Assembly (NCBI GenBank): GCA_041736305.1
Contig: JBGSTX010000171.1
Location: 1 to 35,530 of the forward strand
Direction of reading: 5' to 3'
Length of the DNA: 35,530 bases
Origin: Oligoflexus sp.
Lineage (GTDB): Bacteria; Bdellovibrionota_B; Oligoflexia; Oligoflexales; Oligoflexaceae
The position numbers and the translations under genes were made by a program. The notes under the pieces are model-generated. The model saw nothing but the letters and a program-made list of their open reading frames with translations, did not search any database and had not been told where the DNA came from. Positions 8,766 through 18,425 of this stretch are shown one piece after another; within the stretch, counting starts at the first letter, position 1; the number at the start of each line of letters is the position of its first letter.

Positions 8766-8862
8766 CTGTCGAACGGTAAAATCGAGGCCTGGCATAAGTC
8801 TCTGAAGAAGGAATGCGTGCGCCTCTCGGCCCCGCGATCATACAAGGAGGGTCAAGAGGCTG
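8766..8862 (+). pseudogene. IS3/IS481-type integrase-core transposase fragment
   Basis: Translates LSNGKIEAWHKSLKKECVRLSAPRSYKEG, the helix carrying the catalytic E of the DDE triad. Confidence 0.8.
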
Positions 8863-8997
8863 CTTCAATGCTTTGGTGAATAATAATGATGATCCAAATT
8901 ATTGAGCGGGATCTCCAGTCACTGGATGGCAAGATAGACGACTCCTTCAGCTGTCAAAGCCAAAGGATTCGCGTTCCTTCAAAGGATTCTCAGGATC

Positions 8998-11286
8998 TTA
9001 GTGACTTTTAAGGTCGAAACGCCCGAGGGACATGACCTTGCCCCAAGCATCAGCAAAGTCAGCGACAAATTTACGTTTTGCATTCTGATCGGCATAGGTA
9101 AAAGCCAACATGCGCAGTTCGCCGCTGGTTCCGAACATCAGATCCTGGCTGGTAACTTTCCATTTTTGCTTGCCAGTCTTGCGATCAACGCCATCGAAGA
9201 TTCCTTTTTGCTCGCTCGATTCTACCCACTTTGTGTTGTTATCAAGCAGATTGATAAAGTAGTCATTGCTTAATGTGCCACGGTTTTGAGTAAGCTCGCC
9301 AAACGGGACGTTGTTGTGATTAGCTCCTAAAACCCGAAGACCACCCGTGAGGGCAACCATCTCTTTACGCGTTAGGTTGAGCATATCAGCGCGCTCAACA
9401 AAGGCTTTCTCTGCCGTCAGATAGCTTTCACTCGCGTTATGATAGTTTCTAAACCCGTCCGAGGTAACTTTAATGACGTTAAAGGATGCAATATCCGTTT
9501 GCTCCTGGCTGGCATCGCTGCGGCCGGGAGTAAAAGGAATATTGATCTCATATCCAGCCGCCTTCGCTGCCTGCTCAACAGCTGTGTTACCAGCTAAGAC
9601 GATGAGATCGGCAAGGGAGACCTGTCGTGTTTTACGAGCTGCGTTAAATTGGGATTTAATCGTCTCGAGTTGCTTCAGGCTTTTTTCAAGCAGTTGAGGT
9701 TCGTTAACTTCCCAGGATTTCTGGGGCATAAGCGCAACGCGAGCTCCATTCGATCCACCGCGCATGTCGGTCTTGCGAAAAGTTGCAGAAGAGGCCCAGG
9801 CTGTTTTAACCCAATCAGAAATGGATAGATCACATTTTTTGATCATATCCTTCAGTGCCCTGATGTCAGCGGCATTGATCATTTCATAGTTAGCAGCGGG
9901 AACTGGATCCTGGAAGCTATAGTCTTCCTTCGAAAAATCATTGCCCAGGTAACGCGATTTTGGCCCTAAATCCCGATGAATCAGTTTAAACCAGGCTTTG
10001 GCAAAAGCATCACCAAACTCCTGAGGATTGTTCAAATAGCGGGTAGTGATCTCCTTGTACTTTGCATCAGTCTTGAGCGCAATATCGGCCGTTGTCATCG
10101 TGATCGTTACTTTTTCCGAGGGATTGTGAGCATCAGGCGCGAGATCTGCCTCGTCAATGTTTTCTGGGAACCACTGAAACTTGCCGCCAGGACCTTTAGC
10201 AACTTTCCAATTATACTTGTAGAGGTTGCTTAGATATTCATGAGTCCATTGAACGGGCTTTGATGTCCACGATCCTTCGATACCACTTGTGTTTGCATTT
10301 GCACCCTTTGCCTGTAGGCAATTGCCTTTAGAATCTTTACACTCTTCTGGCGCTGGTTTTCCGTGCATCTTGCCGAAAGTGTGTCCGCCGGCAATCAATG
10401 CCACGGTCTCTTCGTCATTCATGCCCATGCGGCCAAAGGTAATTCGTATCCGTTCAGCCGAAAGTGCTGGATCTGGTTTGCCATCAGGACCTTCTGGATT
10501 TACGTAGATAAGCCCCATCACAGAAGCAGCGAGCGGAAGCTGCAAATTGCCTTTTTCGTCAAAGCGCTCACTTTTCAGAAACTCGTCTTCAGGTCCCCAA
10601 TAAACCATATCAGGAGCCGTATCATCCACTCGTCCCCCTGCGAACCCAAGAGTCTTAAACCCCATATCCCTCATGGCTATATCACCAGCCAGGACCATAG
10701 CATCCGCCCACGAAAGATTCGGATAATACTTGTCGACGACAGGCTGGATCAGCAGACGAGCCTTATCTAAGTTGGCATTGTCTGGCCACTGCGCGAGGGG
10801 ATAAAAACGCATCTGACCGCCGTCCGCCCCTCCCCGACCATCGATAGCACGGAATGTACCTGCGCTATGCCAAGAAAGGCGAATAAAGAGAGGCCCATAG
10901 TGGCCATAATCTGCCGGCCAAAATTCTTTTGAATCCCTCAGGACGGCCGTCATGTCCGCCTTAACCTGCTCGAAGTCGAGTTTGGCAAAAGCTTTGCGAT
11001 AATCGAAGGCAGAGCCGAGTGGATTGTCGGGACTTTCATTCTTAAGCAATGGAGCAAGATCAACCACAGGTGTGGCTGATGGCCCTTCAATGATCAATCG
11101 AGGAATCGTTTGATCAATAGAGGAGCTTAAATCGCGAACGGCGGCAGGTATCGCAGGGCTTGTGGCGGGAGGTGCTTTTGATCTGGCATTATGAGCCTCT
11201 TCTTTCCCATAGCCTGGGAAAGAATAGCCAGGTGCCATCATGAAGATAGACGAGCTTAAAATAAAGCGATTGGTAATTTTCTTCAT
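8998..11286 (-). CDS. katG: Catalase-peroxidase with an N-terminal signal-like extension
   Basis: RLSWHSAGT, MGLIYVNPEG, GRMGMNDEETVALIAGGHTFGK, WFKLIHRD, plus the duplicated C-terminal domain. AAGGA RBS precedes ATG 11286. Confidence 0.97.
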   Translation of the reverse strand: MKKITNRFILSSSIFMMAPGYSFPGYGKEEAHNARSKAPPATSPAIPAAVRDLSSSIDQTIPRLIIEGPSATPVVDLAPLLKNESPDNPLGSAFDYRKAFAKLDFEQVKADMTAVLRDSKEFWPADYGHYGPLFIRLSWHSAGTFRAIDGRGGADGGQMRFYPLAQWPDNANLDKARLLIQPVVDKYYPNLSWADAMVLAGDIAMRDMGFKTLGFAGGRVDDTAPDMVYWGPEDEFLKSERFDEKGNLQLPLAASVMGLIYVNPEGPDGKPDPALSAERIRITFGRMGMNDEETVALIAGGHTFGKMHGKPAPEECKDSKGNCLQAKGANANTSGIEGSWTSKPVQWTHEYLSNLYKYNWKVAKGPGGKFQWFPENIDEADLAPDAHNPSEKVTITMTTADIALKTDAKYKEITTRYLNNPQEFGDAFAKAWFKLIHRDLGPKSRYLGNDFSKEDYSFQDPVPAANYEMINAADIRALKDMIKKCDLSISDWVKTAWASSATFRKTDMRGGSNGARVALMPQKSWEVNEPQLLEKSLKQLETIKSQFNAARKTRQVSLADLIVLAGNTAVEQAAKAAGYEINIPFTPGRSDASQEQTDIASFNVIKVTSDGFRNYHNASESYLTAEKAFVERADMLNLTRKEMVALTGGLRVLGANHNNVPFGELTQNRGTLSNDYFINLLDNNTKWVESSEQKGIFDGVDRKTGKQKWKVTSQDLMFGTSGELRMLAFTYADQNAKRKFVADFADAWGKVMSLGRFDLKSH

Positions 11287-11724
11287 ATACGCGCTTCCTT
11301 TCAATCGAGGTGGACTGGATTATTCGTGATGGATTCGGAAGGGAGCTGCCCTTAGTTACAAAGTACCTGCGTGATCTAAGTTTTATTATTATCCGATGCG
11401 TCATAAGTGATTTCTGGCTGATGGGTAATATCAAGTGTGCGAAGCCCGAGAGCTTTCACAGAAAAGCTGGCGCGCGATAGCTGGTTTTGTTGCGTTTGCA
11501 AACGCTGAGCAAGAAATTAGCTGGATTCGCGAGGTATCATGCAGCCATTGAATGGAAGATTTCAGCCGAGTTTATACCCTCGGCTCGGCTCTTAAAGGTG
11601 ACCGCAGTGTGGATAACCTAGAGACGCGGAATTCGGACAGAAAAAGTGGTACTCTTTAGTTTATAAAGAAAGAACCACCAAAACAGGCAGAACGGCCTTG
11701 CCCACATTTCATTTGAGGACCAAT

Positions 11725-12813
11725 ATGTTTTCTCTCAGATTCTGTGCAAGCACAACGTTTATAGCTGCGATTCTCCCAAGTGCTTGCCAATCTACCGGTA
11801 GCGGAAAATCAAGCATTAAAGATGATGTAGAGCTTAGTGCACCGGACTGCCCTGCGGGGACTGATTATGTTCCCTTGTCCTTAGCGGAGCCGCCTGATCC
11901 CAATGTCGAGTTCACCCCTAAAGAAACTATAAAAGACGGCACTCCACATCTATGGCCTACCGGATATGAGACGGCTTTACAGCTCCGGGTTGATGCCTGC
12001 ATAGATAACAACGATAATTTCAAGGTCTTACGCATCATCAGCAGACAATACATCAGCGGCGTGGGCGTGTCTATATATAGAGAATACAAGGCAGACTCAG
12101 GTATAAAGGCAGAAGGCATCATAGAAGCCCTCAATGGCGATGTTTCAAAACTCCTCATTTTTGTCCCGAAATCAGAACCAGGAGAATCAAGCTTCAAGAT
12201 CACTGGGACGGTGGTAGGCGGAGATCAGCTGACGTACATCTTCGAATCTTCGGAATCTGATCCAGAAAAGGCGGAAGGCCGCATTTTCACATTTGGCACT
12301 TTAATTTCTGCCAACCCCTGGGCTGGTAAAGGTGAAGGGCCTTGTTCGGGAGACAAAACACTCCAACAGTACAGGCACCTCGTTAAAACATCAAACGGGG
12401 AGATTGACTTTACCGTCGTCGGCTGTGAGTTCTATAGTTATGGGACTAGACGCCTCGAGTGGCGCAAGGCCTGGTTGAAGGACAGCGGAGCGCCAGCTGG
12501 ATTCGCCAATAAAGTTTTCACCTTCTCCCCGGATGCGAACTCTAAAGAGAGCCGCTTCGACTATAGTTTCACTCATCATAACGCTTGCGAGTGGCACTCC
12601 TTCATACTCCCGCATGCAAGCTATGGGATGACCGCTGCTATTCGTCCAGGCAATATAGGGGGCAATTCAACGGAATGCGAGCAGAAGAAGTTCGCCCCAA
12701 GGACCAAAATAGAAGAAAACAAAGGCTTCGCCTTTGCCTATGGTGGCCAGCCGACCTTTATTAAAAATGTCGATATTAAAATAGAAAAAAAGGCATTAAA
12801 GGCCATACCCTAA
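11725..12813 (+). CDS. Hypothetical lipoprotein, Cys-containing and beta-rich
   Basis: GAGG RBS then ATG 11725. Hydrophobic stretch ends in a lipobox-like PSAC; several further Cys; THHNAC motif. Confidence 0.7.
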   Translation: MFSLRFCASTTFIAAILPSACQSTGSGKSSIKDDVELSAPDCPAGTDYVPLSLAEPPDPNVEFTPKETIKDGTPHLWPTGYETALQLRVDACIDNNDNFKVLRIISRQYISGVGVSIYREYKADSGIKAEGIIEALNGDVSKLLIFVPKSEPGESSFKITGTVVGGDQLTYIFESSESDPEKAEGRIFTFGTLISANPWAGKGEGPCSGDKTLQQYRHLVKTSNGEIDFTVVGCEFYSYGTRRLEWRKAWLKDSGAPAGFANKVFTFSPDANSKESRFDYSFTHHNACEWHSFILPHASYGMTAAIRPGNIGGNSTECEQKKFAPRTKIEENKGFAFAYGGQPTFIKNVDIKIEKKALKAIP

Positions 12814-12932
12814 ACGCTTCACAGCCTTGAGCTAAGCTTTTCTCACTTCTGGGTCCTTGTTTTGCGCCCTTTTTTTCTTAGATCGATAGAGGCTTTGTAT
12901 CGTTTGCAAGACTAATTATCAGAGGAATCACT

Positions 12933-15266
12933 ATGATCAGCACACACGCGTGGCTCCCCCTTTGTTTAATAGTTGGATCCACCTTTATAGCATGCAAGAA
13001 ACCTACAAATAGCGCTAGCAAAGCTTTAGCAGCTGGCCCCTACACCCACACTCTGAGCGATCTCAATGAATACTATGCATACGCTGGTCGCTCCGGCAGC
13101 TCAACCGTTGTCAAGTTTACAGTCGACATCAAGGCCGAAGGCGCGCCGATCTATTTTCAGAACACGACCCGCTACCCTTTCCACGCCGACTTTTTGACTG
13201 AAAATCTGGCCAAATACAAAAATATGTCCTTCGAGGAATACGTGAAATTTGTCTTCGGTGGTCCTGATGCCGAAGGCAAGGAGCTCTCTGCAGGCGCCGT
13301 CATGTATTCGGAATCCTACCAACTGACTCCGGACCAGGTGAATGGGACCGTAGCCTTTGAGTATTATCTAGGGGAGGAGGGCAAGGCTGCTTCGGCTGAG
13401 GACTACCAGAAGCAATTTCCATTTATAGAACAGGCTTACAAAAATATTGTCGTGGCCATGCCTTTTGCCAAAGATCGCATCGCCATCTTCTTACCTAGTA
13501 AGATTCGCTTCAGCGCGGCGTCTACTATCAAGCTGTTCAAAGATGCGAAAATACCCATCCTTTGGGACTCAGAAAAGTTGCGTAAAGATTTTTTCAAGAC
13601 TGGCGACGTGGAAGTCTACCATCCAGCTAGCTCTTATGGTTACCTTCGCATAATATCGGCTGAAGATCTTGCGGCAGGTAATTACTCATCGAAGGAAATT
13701 CTGGTGATGAGCGATATTCCCCTGGATATCGGTCCAGTTTCCGGCATCATCACCTCTATTCCCCAGACTCCCCTTGCCCATATCATGCTGCGTGCGGTGA
13801 ATCAGAATATTCCCGATATTTTTCTGCTTGGAGCCCTTGAAAATGCTGACATCGCGCGCAACGTCGGCAAGCTGGTGCAGTTCGTCGCTAACGCTGACAA
13901 GACTTATACTATTAAGGGTGAAGCCGAGCTTGGTGCCGAGCTTAAGCAGCAGGCCGAAGCTTACTTCAAAGGTAGAGTGCCCCAGCTTCCGCCTTTGGCT
14001 TCCAACCTCTCAGAAAATGGACTGATGTCCTGGGTAAGTGCTCCTGTCGCTCTTCCTCAGGTGAGCTCCTATGGAGCCAAAGGCGTGAACTTCGCCCTAC
14101 TCGACCTGGCCCTTCGCAAGAGCGGCGTTGATCGCACGGACTATGACGGCGGATTTTTGATACCTTTTTCTTTCTATGATCGGCATACTTCAAACAAGTT
14201 CACAGCTGAAATGTGTACAAAGTCCCTTAAGGATTGCAAAGAAGAAACGGGCCTAAGCTGTGATCTTCCCTTTGCAAAGTGCTCTGAACTTTCATCAAAA
14301 GGCACAAGCCTAAAGGACTTTGTCAGCTCCATGATCAACCCTGTCTCCACTCCTGAGATGAATGACTACAAGGCACGTCGTCAGTATCTGGCCTTTATTC
14401 GAGTACTATTTGAAATAGCTCCGATGAACAGCCAAGATCTTGCACTGATCAAGGCGCAGATGACCAAAGGCTACCCCGCCACGACCCGCATTCGCTTCCG
14501 TTCGAGCACCAATGCGGAAGATCTACCTGGCCTCAACGGTGCCGGTCTCTATGAGTCCAAGTCGGGTTGTGTTCAGGACGATATCAATGAGGCAATGAAC
14601 CTTGGTAAGAATGAAGCTTCGGCTTGCCGCACCCCGCTTGAACTCAAACGCATCAACCAGCGCCTACCTAAATTGGATGCTGAAAAAGACGCCGCGACAA
14701 TTGCTGATCTTAAGAAGGACCTCACTCAAAAGTATCGAGTCGATAAAAACATTAAGAAGGTTTGGGCTAGCCTTTGGACTGACCGCGCTTACGTTACACG
14801 GGACTATTACAATCTTTCCCACGACCAAGTTTATATGGGAATTCTTGTTGCTCCGGCTTTTGTGGACGAATCAGCCAATGGGGTGGTTGTGGTAGGAGAT
14901 ACCGCAGAAGGGGTTGAGATCACTGTTTCGGCACAATTCGAAGACTTCAGCATCACCAACCCTATCATCCGGGGAGCATCACCTGAGTATTTCATGGTCG
15001 TGCGCAAGGCGGACGGCAGCTTGAGCCCGACGGTTTATTATCGCCGGAGCAATCTGGTCTCGGGCAAAGTTCTGAACGATGAGCAAGTGAAGAGCCTCGC
15101 TTTCCAGGTCTCTATTGTACATAATAATCAAAAGGCCAACTTGGGTGATCGCTTTACTGGTAAGACCGACCTAGAATTTATTGTCGATGCGAAAGGGCAA
15201 GTGTTGATCAAACAGGCCCGTTCACTGCCTAAGTCAATCGATGGAACTTTCAGCCGTGATCAATAA
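12933..15266 (+). CDS. Lipoprotein with phospho-His swivel and PEP synthase/PPDK-type ATP-grasp domains
   Basis: Lipobox FIAC-KK; GIITSIPQTPLAHIMLRA (phospho-His-like); YGAKGVNFA, RFRSSTNAEDLPGLNGAGLYES, KKVWASLW, DLEF...IKQAR (ATP-grasp). No pyruvate-binding barrel. Confidence 0.85.
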   Translation: MISTHAWLPLCLIVGSTFIACKKPTNSASKALAAGPYTHTLSDLNEYYAYAGRSGSSTVVKFTVDIKAEGAPIYFQNTTRYPFHADFLTENLAKYKNMSFEEYVKFVFGGPDAEGKELSAGAVMYSESYQLTPDQVNGTVAFEYYLGEEGKAASAEDYQKQFPFIEQAYKNIVVAMPFAKDRIAIFLPSKIRFSAASTIKLFKDAKIPILWDSEKLRKDFFKTGDVEVYHPASSYGYLRIISAEDLAAGNYSSKEILVMSDIPLDIGPVSGIITSIPQTPLAHIMLRAVNQNIPDIFLLGALENADIARNVGKLVQFVANADKTYTIKGEAELGAELKQQAEAYFKGRVPQLPPLASNLSENGLMSWVSAPVALPQVSSYGAKGVNFALLDLALRKSGVDRTDYDGGFLIPFSFYDRHTSNKFTAEMCTKSLKDCKEETGLSCDLPFAKCSELSSKGTSLKDFVSSMINPVSTPEMNDYKARRQYLAFIRVLFEIAPMNSQDLALIKAQMTKGYPATTRIRFRSSTNAEDLPGLNGAGLYESKSGCVQDDINEAMNLGKNEASACRTPLELKRINQRLPKLDAEKDAATIADLKKDLTQKYRVDKNIKKVWASLWTDRAYVTRDYYNLSHDQVYMGILVAPAFVDESANGVVVVGDTAEGVEITVSAQFEDFSITNPIIRGASPEYFMVVRKADGSLSPTVYYRRSNLVSGKVLNDEQVKSLAFQVSIVHNNQKANLGDRFTGKTDLEFIVDAKGQVLIKQARSLPKSIDGTFSRDQ

Positions 15267-15456
15267 TGCGGAGCTTCCTTTTATCAAGCTTGCACTAGGG
15301 GCCGGGTACCTGCGAGGTATAAAAAAAAGTGGCTTTTCACTTAGGGTAATTCCTCTTTACTTCCGGTCACTTAAATGGAGCATCTAGCACTTCCTAAAGT
15401 CAGAGCAGCGCCGAATCGATAAGGAGAGAGGCCGCAAACTAAACGATACGAGTGGA

Positions 15457-16698
15457 GTGACAATCTTTATGCGCGTAAGTTTACGAGTACTCTCGCTCTT
15501 CGTTGCCCTGGCAGCTTGCAAGGGTGGCCTGCTGAAGCCTAGAGGAAATGATGTCGAGAAGAGCAGTCAGAGTGAAGTTGAAGGAAGCAGCAAAGAAGAT
15601 CCCCACCGTCAAGACGCTGCTTCTCAAACCGCTTCCGAAGCAGACGGAATTAAACTACTTGAAAACGCTTTGGCAAACATTGGTGTAGATGGCTCATCTG
15701 CTGGTTCACATATCGCGGTGACATACTCCAACAATGAAGAGGCCGAGCTAGAAAAAGCCTTTTTCTCGGCCTTTTGGAACGGACGGTATGAGCAAATCGA
15801 GGGTCTTAAACAGAACTACCTAGATTATAAGGAGAAGCATCCACCTAGCGCCTTCATCGAATCCCGACTCGGCTATATCAACCTTTGGAAATGGCAGGAA
15901 CGTTACCGTAAAACGGTACTCGACGGGAGCTTGCCTAAATCCGTGAGCGACTGTACCAAACATTTCATGGCAGCCTTTGAGCTCGCTCCTAAAAACATGG
16001 TTATGCGCGGTTTCGGCTCTAATTGCCGCATGTTCAAAGCTCTTATGGAACAAAATAATCAGGAACTTTACGAAGCCACTCAGACTGGAGTTGAAGCAAT
16101 CAAAGGTCTGAGCGAATACGCACCCTTTGCTCTCAGCTATTCATTTCTGCTGGCCTCCAGTGATTCTCCGCGCTTTAAAATTGGTACGGCCATGCTCCAG
16201 AGGGTGCTCGATGTCTGCTTTGCACGCAATCTCGATCGAGAGAATCCTGATATAAGAGATTTGCAAAAATCGCCAGAAGTTCTGGGGCGTCCCTATCAGT
16301 ACTTCTGTCGCAACACTCTCATGGCGCCGCATGCTACCGAGGGCTTTCTCTTCACTATTGGCGATGCACTCGTCAAAGCTAATCAGCTCAAAGCCGCTGC
16401 CGTTATGTATGAAAACGTCCGAGCCAGTTCAGGCTTTGCGACTTGGCCCTTCCGCTCGCTTGTGGAGCAACGTTTAAGCGAACTCGAAGCCAATCATAAG
16501 GATTTTAATCTACCCCTTAGCATGCTGGAAAGACCAAAGCATCTGACGATGGCTGTGGGGGGAGCTGTGGCCTGCACGATCTGTCACCATGCTTCACCAG
16601 AGGAGATTCCACTTATCCTGCAAAACTTCGACTCCGCAGTTCAGACTAAGGGAACAATGTCGGGAAGTATATTTCTCAATCCTCCAGCCGCCGAATAG
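15457..16698 (+). CDS. Helical lipoprotein with a C-terminal CxxCH (putative monoheme cytochrome c)
   Basis: Lipobox LAAC, TPR-like helices and ACTICHH near the C-terminus. The start may be ATG 15469. Confidence 0.7.
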   Translation: MTIFMRVSLRVLSLFVALAACKGGLLKPRGNDVEKSSQSEVEGSSKEDPHRQDAASQTASEADGIKLLENALANIGVDGSSAGSHIAVTYSNNEEAELEKAFFSAFWNGRYEQIEGLKQNYLDYKEKHPPSAFIESRLGYINLWKWQERYRKTVLDGSLPKSVSDCTKHFMAAFELAPKNMVMRGFGSNCRMFKALMEQNNQELYEATQTGVEAIKGLSEYAPFALSYSFLLASSDSPRFKIGTAMLQRVLDVCFARNLDRENPDIRDLQKSPEVLGRPYQYFCRNTLMAPHATEGFLFTIGDALVKANQLKAAAVMYENVRASSGFATWPFRSLVEQRLSELEANHKDFNLPLSMLERPKHLTMAVGGAVACTICHHASPEEIPLILQNFDSAVQTKGTMSGSIFLNPPAAE

Positions 16699-16869
16699 AA
16701 ATCAGCTGAAATTAAGAATCCTGCTCAAAAAGAACGATCTCTCCGACAATAGGGAAGCCGCTTATCTTCCCTTTCGATTCTTTGCCAATTTTCAAGATTA
16801 GCTAGCTAGCCTCGTTCCGAGAGAAGCTGTAAACCAGTGCTGTCTCACCTGCTCGATCACTTCTAAGGT

Positions 16870-17307
16870 ATGAGGAATTACTCTATGCTAGGCAAATTTG
16901 TGGTTTCATTGTCTTGTCTCGTAATTAGTAGTCTTATTGGCTCCTGGGCATTTGCCGATAGTGACACAAAAGTTGGAGAAAGCACTTCCTGCTCAGATAA
17001 TCCTGAGTATCTGTTTCCTTCCATCAATGCTGTCCCATTTGCTAATGTTGTCGTGGGTGAATCGCGCGAGTTTGAAGTCACAAAAACGGAGGATGGACTT
17101 AAGATCGTGCATGTAGGGAATGCCGCTAGCGTTCGCTTTCCTTCTATTGTGGCAGTTAATAGATCAGTCGAACTGATTCTCGATCAGCCGGGCACGGACT
17201 ACTGCATAATCTCAGCTGTGGCGAGTTGGAACGGTACAATCAAAATCGACTCTCGTTTTAAAGATAAGATAAACATCGTGTCGCGCGTTGGCGCCATCGA
17301 ATTTTGA
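16870..17307 (+). CDS. Hypothetical secreted protein
   Basis: 145 aa; signal peptide ending AFA; beta-strand-rich. Confidence 0.7.
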   Translation: MRNYSMLGKFVVSLSCLVISSLIGSWAFADSDTKVGESTSCSDNPEYLFPSINAVPFANVVVGESREFEVTKTEDGLKIVHVGNAASVRFPSIVAVNRSVELILDQPGTDYCIISAVASWNGTIKIDSRFKDKINIVSRVGAIEF

Positions 17308-17369
17308 TCTTCGGCTTTTGGCTCTTGATAAAACTCTTATCCGAACAATGAAATTACTACAAGGATATC

Positions 17370-18257
17370 TCAAGGAATAGCTTCCACTACAGTCCGAAAG
17401 TAAGCCGGCAACTCAGGACGCATATACCACACCAGGGAAAAGTCGACGAGCAGCTTTTGTTTCAGTTTAAGCTTTTCCAACTTGAACTGACTTGATACCG
17501 CAGAGGCGAAGTCTTCGGCCAAGACCGAGTAGCCTAAGCCGGCTCCAATCATCGATGCCAGCGCATCAGTATTATTGGCAAAGTGCCTATCACCACCAAT
17601 CGGCTCGATTGCAGAAATCTGTCTTATAAAATCAAAGGTGAACTGATCGCTTTCCGAAAAGTCAACGATGCTTTCGTTAGCGATGATGTCGTCGACAGTT
17701 CTCTTTTTCCAGGCTTCTGGAACATAGAGGGCGAAGGATTCAGCTTTGAGCACTTTCCTGTCGAGTTCTTTCGGCGCCAGATGGCTTGGAATGATCGCGA
17801 GCTGAGTTTGCCCCGCGCGCAGCTTGCTGAGGCCAAGCTCAACCGAATCTTCAATCTCAAAGGTAAAGCGCAGCTGAGGGAAGCGCGTAACAAGCGGACT
17901 GCAGCTCGGGATAACCCGAGATCGCATCATGCTCGATGGACCAGTGATAGACAGCCTCTGGATCACCCTTTCTTTGATGCTACCCGATGTTTTACCCTCT
18001 CCTTCGAGGGCAGCCAGAGTCTCGCCCTCGATTTCGAGAACCCTTTGACAATACCGCAGCAGAGCCTCTCCTTCGGAGGTGAGGCGCATGCCCTTGCGAG
18101 AGCGCTCAAATAAAGCCAGTCCCAGCTGGCTTTCCAGACTCTTGATGCGCTGAGTGACTCCAGTTTGAGTAATAAGAAGCAAGTTGGCCGCCTGATGCAC
18201 GGTTCCCTTCTGGGCAACGGCGAGAAATGCTTGCAACTGCGGGCTCATGAGACTCAT
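17370..18257 (-). CDS. LysR-family transcriptional regulator
   Basis: LQAFLAVAQKGTVHQAANLLLITQTGVTQRIKSLESQLGLALFER HTH plus a substrate-binding domain. 295 aa, divergent from 18426. Confidence 0.95.
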   Translation of the reverse strand: MSLMSPQLQAFLAVAQKGTVHQAANLLLITQTGVTQRIKSLESQLGLALFERSRKGMRLTSEGEALLRYCQRVLEIEGETLAALEGEGKTSGSIKERVIQRLSITGPSSMMRSRVIPSCSPLVTRFPQLRFTFEIEDSVELGLSKLRAGQTQLAIIPSHLAPKELDRKVLKAESFALYVPEAWKKRTVDDIIANESIVDFSESDQFTFDFIRQISAIEPIGGDRHFANNTDALASMIGAGLGYSVLAEDFASAVSSQFKLEKLKLKQKLLVDFSLVWYMRPELPAYFRTVVEAIP

Positions 18258-18425
18258 AGACCCTCGACCGAAGTATGTTGAAAGACGTCCTGGATTAAGC
18301 GTGGTCTATGACCACATTTAGTCATCATATAGTGATATAAATGAATTATCCATATCATGACGAAAAGTATACTGTGAGCCTTAGCAAGGTGAGCTTGAAA
18401 CCTTCGCCAAATAAGGACAAATAAA

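Noticed and set aside
6029-8862. IS3 OrfA fragment and integrase fragment as one element split by the TA + phoD insertion
   Set aside because: The two pieces look like different IS3/IS481 subgroups, and no IRs or target duplication were seen.
11370-11435. OxyR-type site upstream of katG
   Set aside because: ATAG-N7-CTAT phasing is not convincingly met.
15394-15421. sigma28-like promoter TAAAG...ATCGATAA
   Set aside because: Spacing is one base off and the -10 element deviates from GCCGATAA.
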